Origin: Eledone cirrhosa
Taxonomy: Eukaryota
Reading direction: 5' to 3'
DNA: 64,000 bases
Assembly (NCBI GenBank): GCA_964016885.1
Contig: OZ024743.1
Coordinates: forward strand, 167,524,001 to 167,588,000
Position numbers and translations under genes: made by a program. Every line of letters starts with the position of its first letter. The stretch's first letter is position 1. This document shows, one piece after another, positions 53,701-64,000 of this stretch. The notes below the pieces were generated by a model. That model was not told where the DNA came from. It saw only the letters and a program-made list of their open reading frames with translations, and searched no databases.

Positions 53701-56225
53701 TGTTTAGCTTCCAGTAACCAGGTCCTAACCTACGCGTCTTATCTAGGTCGACCATACAGATCACAAGCTTGTGATCTGAATAGGCGACCGTTTCAAAACG
53801 TGGACAGCTTACACCATTTCTGTCTATTTTCCTAATGAATATCCTGTCTATATACGATCTAGATGACCCTATGCGGTTAGCCCAGATCCACACTGGCGCA
53901 TTAGGGAAATCTAGTCGGTACCTGTCAGACAGTTGGAACTGGCTGATCAGGTTCTTGAGGCTTTTGCACCCCCCGCTCCTATCGGATACTCCCACACAGT
54001 CCCAGCGTGCGTCTAAGATGCCGTTCCAGTCCTCCGCTAACAGTAAAGGGCGAGACGTACCCAGAAAAGCTTCCAGGCGTCTAAAGAAGTCCGGCCGTCC
54101 TGCCCCAGTAGGAGCATAGACGGCCACCAGTCTAAAGGCACCACCTTCATTATTGTTCACGTCCAGGACCACCAACTTCCCGTCCGGGTCCCGGAAGATC
54201 GACCTTACCTCGAGATCCAGGCCTTTCCTAAACAGCACTGCCACCCCGCCTCCCATTCCCGGCCGGCTAACAGATGCAAAGATCTGATAGTCATCGAAAA
54301 TGGGGGCTAGTGCGCGCATGTCGGAAATCCTGGTCTCGTTGACTGCAATTACATCCATTTCTATAGACCTGAGGTCGTTGAGCAGGTGACCCTGCTTCCA
54401 GGACGATCCCAGGCCTCGAACATTTAAACATCCTACTCTTAATACGGCCATGTTGGTAGGTTAAACAGAGAGAGAGGAAGGTTTACTTACCTTCCGGGCT
54501 CTTGTGAAGGTCGGATTGTTCGACCTCCATAGTTAGTGGGGTTTCTTTTGGCAACCCCTTTAAAAGTCTTGAAGTGGGTTTTACGTTCGGGGTTCCCACG
54601 TCCCGAGGAAAGCTGTCTCGTATTTCTTTGAATATCTCGAGCGACATTCGCACCAGAACCAAATCTTCCGGCACGCGAAATGTGCTCGATTTAAAAATTT
54701 CCCACTCTTTTTGTATATTTTCACTTCGTGCTACGAGGGCCATCAGTTCCTTGTTGGCCCCCCTGACGATCACGAAGTTTTGTATGTTTTGTAGGTGTGA
54801 TTTTATTTGTTTGCGTGGCTGTGGTGGTGATGGTTTTGGTGGTGTTGTTTCGGTTGTATCTGTGTTTTTTGTGAGTGCGGTGTCTGTGGTTTCAGATGTT
54901 TGTGTGTATATTTGTTCTTGCGTCTGTTTCGGTTGTTTGCGTTTGGGGGGATTCTGGTGATGGTGATGGTGGTGTTGATGTTGGTGTTATTGGAGAGATG
55001 TTTGCGTGGGTCGTGTCTGCGTTTTTTATTGTGGGTGCTTCTGTGCTTTGTTGAGTTTTTTTTTATTTTTGTGTTTCCTTTTTTGTATTTTGGGGAATTT
55101 TGGATTTCCCTCATTTTCACTACTGGTAGATGAGGGGTCTATGTCTGTAAGTGTGTCTGTATGCATGTTTAAGGTTTTATTGGTGTGTGTATTTGGGGGG
55201 GTGGGAGGGGGAATTTGACAGCCTTCCTCGTTTCCCTCCTGGGTGGTCAATGTTGGTGGTGGTCTTTCTATTGGTGTTGTTGTTGGTGGTTTTGCCGGTG
55301 CAGGTGTTGGTTGTGGACCTCGCCCCGGCGTCGGCAGCAGTGGAGCCTTTCGACCCCTTGTCTCTTTCAGCAGTTGAGGGCAGAAGGCTCGCAAATGGGT
55401 TTTTTCCCCACAAACAAAACACTGCGGCCTTTTGCCTTCGGTCATAATGTGAATGACAGTCCCATTCTGAAGGCGAATGTGGTCTGGGATTGTCTTCACA
55501 TTCTCGGGCCTGATCTGGAGAAGGATCTCCAGGTCAACCCCGGACCAGTCCTCTCTGACCGTTCTCGTCACTTCTATAGGGACTGTATCCGTGCCCTCCA
55601 CAATCACACATCCCAGAAGCCACCACATGTCAAGTCCTGGTGGGATTCTGGGAATGCGGAGACGGGCCGTTCTTTTTCCCATGTGGGAGGGGTACATTAT
55701 GAGCTTGCTGGTTTTGCAAGGAGTCATCGCGTGTTTCATAGCGAGGGCTTCTGACTTGAACAACACCGAAATGGTGCCGTACTGTCTGCCCCTCTCTATG
55801 TACTGGGTGTCTTCTCTGATGCACCTCAGCGCGACTTCGACATCTTCTTGTGGGATTAACGCTGCCTTTTTGGTTTGTGCTGAGATGCATCTATAATGCA
55901 CCGTTTTGCGCTCCACTGCCTCAATAGCTTCTACCTAGACAGTTAAGTTGGCCAAGTTTGCTCTTGCTTGATGAGCTTCCATGCCTGGGTCAACTTTTCA
56001 TTTTTGTTTGAGAGGTCCATGTTTTTTTTTTTCGTAAATTTTTTAACATGTAAAAAAAAGTTCAAATATTTGGGCCTTTTGGCCCAAATATTATACTTTC
56101 CCCTTCACGGGGCAAAGTTTAAGGGCTTATATCCCTTACACAACAAGAAATATTTAACAACAAATAATTTAAACAGGCAAATAAAGCGACTTACTGAGAG
56201 CGAGCAAAATACGTCCGCTTAGACC
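50757..56225 (-). mobile_element. Tx1/L1-clade LINE family 2, apparently full length (copy T5)
   Basis: ORF1 with CFVCGEKTHLRAFC (~56020-54483, disrupted); ORF2 54451-51029 (CLNVRGL, KSPGLDGLP, QGCPLS, AYADD, CPRC); (TAA)n on both sides. Confidence 0.9.
51029..54451 (-). pseudogene. Tx1-like ORF2 of T5, disrupted
   Basis: Pieces 53453-54451, 52739-53356 and 51029-52594. Confidence 0.88.
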
Positions 56226-56250
56226 AATAATAATAATAATAATAATAATA

Positions 56251-56555
56251 GACACACCCTCCCTAAGATCCAGAACTCCAAACAGAACCAAAAGATAATA
56301 CACAAGATTAACATAATTCTCAAAAACATTATCATCACAAACAAACTAAACATTACTGATTTAAGTCATCTCTATTATGCATCGGCTAAAGTCACCACTC
56401 ACCTATGTGGAGTGAAAATGACAAAACAAAGGAATTCCCACAAGAAGTCTACTTGGCAAGAGAACATCAATCGGCAAATAAACCTTCTCCGATCTGACAT
56501 AGAAATTTTAACAAACTACAAAGTAGGTGAACATGTTAAACAAACTAAACTAATG
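56251..56555 (+). mobile_element. N-terminal fragment of a third R4/Dong-like family
   Basis: Reads LPKIQNSK...ITDLSHLYYASAKV...TWQENINRQINLLRSDI, matching the Dong N-terminal region (family A: CNNILKATA...PWWKKRLSGQIREMRNDI). Confidence 0.55.
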
Positions 56556-57494
56556 TTCAGATGGAGAAAAACAACCTGCACAAATACGTGACCGACAGTA
56601 GGGAGCCAATGCTCAGAATTGTACTGAAAAAGAGAACAATAGACCAGGAGGAAATAACAAGGAGGAAGAGCAACCTTCAAGAAAAATCCCTTTATAGTAC
56701 CTTCTTTGAGAACACTGAATTTAGAGATCCACAGACATGGAACTGGTTAAAAAGAGGAGACCTTAAAAAGGCTACAGAAGGAATGCTAATGGCTGCACAA
56801 GAGCAGGCCCTCAGAATGAAGTGGGTGAAACACCATATTTACAAGGAGGAGGGTAGCCCACTGTGTAGGATCTGTGAAGAGAGAGAGAGGAGACTGTGGC
56901 TCACATTGTATCCGAGTGTAAACACCTAGCCCAGACTCACTATAAGGGCTGGAGACATGATGTGATGAGTAGGGTGATACACTGACACCTATGCAAAGTA
57001 AACAATTTACCACATTCTGAGAAGTGGTATGAGCATAAGCCAGAGTCGGTGATAGAAAACGACCAGGTGAAGGTGCTATGGGATTTTAGGATACAGACGG
57101 ATAAGAAACTGGAACTCAATAGGCCTGACCTGGTGGTTTTGGACAAGGAAAAAAGATCGTGCCTGATTGTAGATGTAGCCTGCCCATTTGACACGAGAGT
57201 GCAAGAAAAGGTGAGGGGGAAAATTAACCGATACCAGGACTTAAAGTGGGAGGTAAAAAGGATTTGGAACTGCCATGAAGTCAGAGTCGTACCGATTGTC
57301 ATAGGCGCACTAGGTACTATCTCAAAGAGTTTCCAAGGATGGTTAAAGAAAATTAGTCGATCCCCGCTTTTTGGAACACTTCAAAAGGCATGCTTGCTGG
57401 GAACAGCAAGAATCCTCCGATACGTCCTGAATATCTGAGGCTGCAGGTAACAAACTTTCCAGTTAAATTACATCAATGACTGAGACTCAAAGAA
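56556..57494 (+). mobile_element. R4/Dong-like family A 3' portion
   Basis: QMEKNNLHKYV...WLKRGDLKKATEG...NRPDLVV..DVACPFD...ILRYVLNI; 3' end followed by (AAT)n. Confidence 0.88.
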
Positions 57495-57507
57495 CAATAA
57501 TAATAAT

Positions 57508-59597
57508 TTCCTTATTGACCACAAAAGGTCCACACAAAGAAAAAATATTATGACAGTGCAGGACGAAAACATAGAGTGTGTGTGTGTGTGAATGTACACA
57601 CATATACACACACTCTACGTTTTAGTCCTGTACCGTCATAATATTTTTTCTTGGTGTGGACTCTTGTGTGTGGATTTTGCGTTTAAACAAATTTTAACAA
57701 TGTTAAAAAAAAGATAATAAAATTAAAACAAAGTAGGTTCCTCAATAGGGAAACGTTCGAGGGTCATTCGTGGAAAAACCCCCGTAAAACAACGTATGCT
57801 CTGATCTTTAGGTTACGTTCCCTGTCCCTCTTGTACTCCTCCAATCTACAGGCTTACACTCAGAGCGGGTCCATTCACTCGAGCCATGCTCGCTTCTCTC
57901 ACCCACCTTTCAACAAATTGCTTTGAAGGCAGCACTTCTCTGTGTACCCTTATTTTCCTCCTCAAGTGGAATCTGAAGAAGTTAATCAGGGCTTTGAAGG
58001 CAGTACTTCTTTCTGTACCCTTATTTTCGTCCTGAAGTGAAATCTGAAGAAGTTAATCAGGGCTTCTCCAAAGAACAAAGTGCTCGTCTTCAAACCTTTC
58101 AAGCGTGTCCACCATATAAACTCTTTTGCCATTGCCACAAGGCATATAAAACGACCTGCCCTTCTTGACTAAAAGAAGGCGGCTGGACAATATTCACAAT
58201 GAGCTCGGTTGATAGCTCAATTTGTCCTACACGTGACAGCAGGTGTTCGACATAAACCCACAGGTCAGCATTGCTCGGACACTTGACGTTGGCAGCAGCA
58301 CGGTTTCATCGTCTTGCGCGCATCTCGGACAGGGCCGGCTGACGGCACTGCCATGTCTGTAGAGTTTATCTCGAACTGGCAAAGATCCTCGGTAGCCAGT
58401 CCTTCTGAAGAGAGTAGCTAGTTGATTTTCGTTGATGTCTATAGTTTCCCAAAGTATGTCGTCGCTTTTATCTGCCACTAACCCTCTATAGAACGTTATG
58501 GTGGTGTTTCCACCGATCATATTGCCCGATTGTTGAAGAGCTGTATGCACCTGGGGACATTCCAGTTTCCAAGCGCTCTCCCTCGGTCTCCGCTTGACCC
58601 AGGACTATAGCTCCATTAAAGATACGAGCTGGAGGAACATGCCTCTGGTGAACGGTGACCACACCTGTTCACCGTTGAGGAAGAGATAGATATGTCGTAG
58701 CCCCAGTGCATGTCTGCGCATCATTAGCCACGGCATTCCCCATCCCCCACGCAGAGGCTGTTGACAGCAGACGGACCGCTTGATCATTGGAACGCGTCCT
58801 TTCCACAAGAATTGGAAGAACAAACGCTCAAGTGCAGCCAGACAGGGTTTGGGACAAGGCACGACGGTCAAGCGGAAGTAGATGACGGACGCGATGTATG
58901 TGTTCGCCACCTCTGCCCTACCTTTCAGGGACGGCTTTCTCTCGGCCCATTTATGGGTGAGATTGGCCACTCATCCCAATTTCTGTCCATCTGGAGGTCA
59001 GGACCAAACCAGACCCCGAATAATTTAACCGGCCCGTCTGTCCAGTGTCCGACGACACTGTTAGATGGCATGGACTTGCTCCTTCATGTACCGAGTTGGA
59101 GGCCCACGGATTTTTCCTGGTTGATTTTCGCTCCTGTCAGCGCTTCGTATTCCTTCAGAGCAGTGCCGATCACCTTAATGTGTTTTGTGTTCGGCAATAC
59201 GACTGTGACGTCGTCGGCATAAGCCGACACAGATCTTCCTTGTCCTAGTTCACGCGGGATGCCTCTCAACGTCTCTAATTTTTGTAGTAGTCGCTCGTGA
59301 GTCAATACATACAACAAGGACGAAAAGGGACAGCCCTGGCGGCCCGAACGCATGATGTTGAACGGTTCCGAGAGGTGACCGTTCAATCTGACCACAGAGA
59401 AGATGTCACTATGCAGAGCAGGTATCCATCCTCTGAAAACCGACCCCAAACCTGCTGCTTTGAGGATTGATCCAAGTTGATCAGTGCTCCATCCATGCCA
59501 GGTTCTTTAGCCACCCTCTCTATGATTATGTTGTCGTGGATGGATCTCTTAGGAATGGCACATGTCTGTGCCTCCCCTACCAGACAACCGACGTCAA
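57508..59597 (-). mobile_element. Tx1/L1-clade LINE, degenerate 3' half (copy T6)
   Basis: GEAQTCAIP, AYADDVTVV, LKGRAEVAN, CPRCAQDDETV; 3' end at (TAA)n. Confidence 0.85.
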
Positions 59598-62452
59598 GCA
59601 CCTGTTCACCGTTTAGGCACAATATCTAGAGATGCCGTAGCCTCACCGCATGTTTGTGCATCAATAGCCGCATTGAGGTTGCTGGCAGCAGATGGACCGC
59701 CTCACCAACGGAACCTGTCCCCTCAACAAGAGGTTGACAAGGAGCCGCTCCAATGTGGCGAAGCGCGGACGGGGGCAAGGCACGACAGTCAGGTGGTAGT
59801 AGATGACGGACGCAATGAATGCGTTCACCAGCTCCATCCGATATTTCATGGAAAGCTTCCTCTCGGCCCATTTCTGGGTGAGACTGGCTACCCTGAACGT
59901 CACCTCGTACCAATTCTCCTCCCCCTGGACGTCTGGTCCGAATCAAACCCGAGTAACTTTACCGCTCAATCTGTCCAGCGCCCGACGATGCAGTTAGACG
60001 ACATGAACTTGCCTCTCTATGTGCCGAGCTGCAAGCATACCGACATTTCCGGATTCAGTTTCGCTCCCGTCAACCTTTCATATTCCTCCAAGGGAGTGTC
60101 GACAACTTCGATTTCCGAGGTGTTTGACATCATCACCGTGATTTCCGCGTATGCCGACATAGCCCTTCCACATCCTGGTTCGAGCGGGATGCTCTGCAAC
60201 ATCTCCAGCTTCCGCAGTAAAGGCTCGAGAATCAATACGTACAGACGGGAGGAGTGAGGGCACCCTTGACGGACTGATCGGGAGATATGAAATGGTTCAT
60301 AAAAGTGGCCATTAACTTTGACTACTGAACAGGTGGCGCTGTGCATTGCAGTGATCCAGCATCTGAAGACGGGATCTTTTGCAGCACCTAGCTTCAGCCC
60401 GGAAGAGACGCAGTAGGCCATCGAGGTAGGGACTGAAGTCCGCCACTGTCTCCAACCCACTACTCCCCTCGAACTGCCGAGCAATGTGCTAGCGAAAGGC
60501 CTCACACATCCCCCTGGAATCAGTCAGCTCGCGTCCATCTCGATCCGTCAAAGACTGAATTGTGGTTTTGTTACTATGCTGCACTCCGCCACTCGGGCTC
60601 ATCGAACAGCTTTGGTTCCCCGAGCTCTGACAATGCAGCCTTCGTGTTTCGCATTGAAATAATTTTCTAATTTCATTCTCGCCGCTAGCACGTTAGTTGC
60701 AATGCCACTACAAATAGCCTTATCTAATTTAGCTACCAGCCCCCCCCCCCCCTTTTATTTCTCTCTAACGCTACTTATTTGCTAAAACCTATCAAAGTTA
60801 CTCTAATCTCTCTTTTGAGAGACCCCCCCCCCCCACGGATTGTTGATGACCTTCCCTGTCAACTTTTGCTTAAACTTTTACTTGACCCGGTCTCTGTAAG
60901 TCATACGTGCCGGAAACGACATATTCAGCTTCCAGTAACCAGGTCCTAACCTGCATGTCTTATTTAGGTCAACCTTACAGATCACAAACTTGTGGTCTGA
61001 ATAGGCGACCGTTTGAAAATCTAGACAACCTATACTATCCTTATCTATTAACTTAATGAAAAACCTATCGATATACGATATTGATGACCCTGTGCGGTTG
61101 GTCCAGATCCATACTGGTGCGTTAGGGAAATCTAGTCGGTACCTATCAGACAGTTGGAACTGGCTGATCATGTACTTAAGGCTTTTGAACCCCCTGCTGC
61201 TACCAGCTACTCCCACACAATCTCAGCGTGCGTCTAAGATGCCGGTCCAGTCCCCAGCTAACAGTAAAACGCGAGACGTTCCAAGAAAGGCTTCCACGTG
61301 CAAAAAGAGGTCCGGCCGTCTAACCCGGTCGGGGCAGAGATGGCCACTAGTCTAAAGGCACCAACTTACCGTCCAGGTCTAGGAAGATCCACCTTACCTC
61401 CAGATCCAGGCCTTTCCTAAACAACACTGCCAACCCCATCTCCCATTCCCTGTCGACTAAAAGAAGCGATTATCTGATAGTCGTCGAAATTGGGGGCTAG
61501 TGCGCGCATGTCGGCAATCTTGGTCTTGCTGACGACAATCACATCCATATTTAGCGACCTTCGGTCATTGAGCAGGCAACCCTGCTTCCAGGGCGAATCC
61601 AGGCCACGAACATTTAAATATCCTATTCTTAGGACGGCCTTGTAGGCAGGCTAAAGGAGCAGAAGAAAGGTTTACGTACCTCCCGGGGTCTTGTGGAGGT
61701 CGAGTTGTTCGACCTCCATGGTTGGTAGAGTTTCCATTGGGAACCCCTTTAAGAGTCTACTCGAGGCTTTCACATTCGGGGTCCCCACGTCGTCAGGGAA
61801 GTTCTCCCCAATGTTTTTGTACGTTTTTATTGGCATCCGCATCATCAGCAGTGTTTGGGGCACTTTTTTTTCTTTTTTGCTTTTTGTGGTCCTCCCTTAT
61901 CTTCACTCGGAGAAGTGGAGGAACTGGTGTCTGGGACCTCTGTGTCAGAGGGGAGTGGGAGTGTGTTTACGGATGGGTGAATGTTGCTCTGTGTGTGTTT
62001 AAAAGAGAAGGGGAGGTTGTTTGGGTGACTCCCTTGGTGGTTTGAATGGTCTCTATTGTTGTTTCTTTTGCTGTTGCTGCTGTTGGTGCTTGTGTTGTTT
62101 TTTGTCCCGGCATCGGTGTTGGCAGCAATGGAGATTTTTGACCCCTTACATTTTTGAGTTGAAGGCAGAAGGCTCTTAAGCCTCCACAGACGAAACAATA
62201 CGGCCTTTTGCCCCCAGTCATTATGTGTAGGACCATCCCGTTTTGGAGGCGGATATGGTCCGGGAATTTTATATCTTCCGGCCTGATCTGAAGAAGTATC
62301 TCCTGGTCAACCCCGGACCAGTCCTCCCTGGCTGTCTTCATTACCTCGACCGGGACAGTATCTGTCCTCTCAACGATCACGCATTCCAGGAGCCTCCACA
62401 TGTCTAGGCCTGGGGAAATCCCATGAATGCAGACTCTCACTGATCTTTGCAG
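59598..62452 (-). mobile_element. Tx1/L1-clade LINE family 2, degenerate with deletions (copy T7)
   Basis: ORF1 remnant (GLDMWRLL, CFVCG), FPDDVGTPNVK, APE and RT remnants similar to T5. Confidence 0.85.
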
Positions 62453-62454
62453 CA

Positions 62455-63680
62455 AACATTATCCTAGAACTTTTATTCGGGAAACTTCGACTACCCATTT
62501 ATCGTAGGTTTAAACCAGAACATGGAGGCAATACTGCAAACCCAACAGTTCAAGGAGAGGAGTTGACTATACCCACTATTCTGGGTAGTCCCACACAACA
62601 AATTGTTGTGTAAATTTCTAAAAGTTCATATCAATGTTGAGTATTGCAGCTCTGTCAAAGCAATACTATATGTCACAATATCATGGAAAACATTCAAAAT
62701 GAGAGGGGAGGAATTTTCTTTATCGATGCTGGCACAGGTAAGACATTCCCCATAAACCTCCTGCTTGTAAAAGTTCGCCAAAAGCAACATATTGCCTTTG
62801 CTGCGGCTTCAAGTGACATTTCAACAATTGAATCTTTGGACTGGACAATAAGGATCTGAGAGAAAATACTTGCATGATGGGAGGAGTGACAATGGTTCTT
62901 GCTGGTGATTTCAGACAAATTCAGCCTGTAATTCCCTGTGGGACCCGAGCTGATAAGGTCAATGTCTGTCTGAAAACATCCTGTCTCTGGCCCCACTTTC
63001 AACAGCTGAGCCTTACAACCAACATGCAAGTGCACTTGACTGGTGATGAAGATGTCAGTGAGTGTGTCATCCAACTACTTAAATGGGAAATAAGCTTCAA
63101 GATTCAGTATCAGATTGTGTGGAAGAATTCCTGCTAGTGGATAGTTTACAACCTGGTCTTGGGAAGTGATTGGGTCAACTGATTTGTTGAAAAGGACTCC
63201 AATGACCAGATTCAGTTGTCATTTGCCCATATCATTGAAACAGAACAAGAACTGATTGCCTGAGTGTTTCCAAACATTCAGATCAGACAATGTGATCCCA
63301 AATATCTCAGGGATCGAGCAATCTGAGCACCGAAAAGTGTTAATGTGAAAGAAATCAACAGGAAGCTGCTGGACATGTTACCGGGAGAGGAAAGATGCTA
63401 CAAATCAGTTGACCCAATCACTTCCCAAGACCAGGTTGTAAACTATCCACTAGCAGGAATTCTTCCACACAACCTGATACTGAATCTTGAAGCATCGGTT
63501 ATGCTACTTCATAATCTGGATCCTCCAAAGCTTTGCAATGCCACAAGACTCATCATCAAAAATATGATGCCCAATATCCTAGAAGTCACAATCATGCCAG
63601 GAAAGTTTGCTGGTGACAATTGTTTTATTGCCAGAATACCTCTGAAGCCAACTGATTTGCCATTTGAATTTCGAAGGAGC
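62455..63680 (+). mobile_element. Helitron RepHel remnant (Rep C-terminal motif plus PIF1-like helicase)
   Basis: WVVPHNK...HINVEYC; FFIDAGTGKTF (Walker A), AAASS, GGVTMVLAGDFRQIQPVI, LPHNLILN..SVMLLHNLDPPKLCNATRLII, FIARIPL; many stops and deletions. Confidence 0.85.
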
Positions 63681-64000
63681 GCGCACACACACACACTTGT
63701 GTGTGTTTGTATGTATGTATGTCATGAGAGCCACTATAATTGTTGGTATACCTAATAGAAATAGAAAACAAATCTCCCTCAAACACGATCCTACTGTCAG
63801 AGGCAGTGAAAGCTACAGTTTAAAAATGTTAAACGTACTTTCCTGAATTACAAAAATGAGTAAGTAAATGTTTCATTCATTTATAAACCAATACTAAATT
63901 TATTTTCTATTTTATTTTATTTATGGTTTTCAAAATAGCCTTCACGTGTTGTTTGAATTTCAGAGGTTCTGATTGTACGAAAAACAAAAGATAAATAAAA

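Noticed and set aside
57921-58064. ~70-bp tandem duplication inside T6
   Set aside because: Ordinary local duplication in a decayed copy.
62644-63680. Host PIF1 helicase gene
   Set aside because: Stops and deletions without intron structure, and preceded by a Helitron Rep motif.

Overview
Eukaryotic, AT-rich, microsatellite-dense window. A cephalopod/mollusc-like animal genome is my inference from the repeat style. No host protein-coding gene is recognisable; nearly everything is retroelement DNA. (1) There are two mirror-image arrays (~8.8-28.4 kb and ~39.3-62.5 kb) in which Tx1/L1-clade LINEs (ORF1 with a CCHC knuckle; ORF2 APE-RT-Zn finger) and R4/Dong-like RLE-endonuclease LINEs are stacked in (TAA)n microsatellites, always in opposite orientation. 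(2) Several Penelope-like elements (RT + C-terminal GIY-YIG) abut (TA)n tracts, with inverted/tandem pseudo-LTRs and minimal hammerhead ribozymes. (3) tRNA-derived SINEs, an RTE-like 3' fragment and a Helitron remnant are also present. The most notable observation is that all five Tx1 copies retaining the ORF1/ORF2 junction, from two divergent families, have an AG|GTAAGT-type splice donor at the ORF1 stop. Removing a 52-58 nt segment would fuse ORF1 to ORF2 in frame. Also notable is an intact minimal hammerhead in the loop of a ~120-bp inverted repeat at 32.2-32.6 kb. Element boundaries were placed by eye and are approximate.
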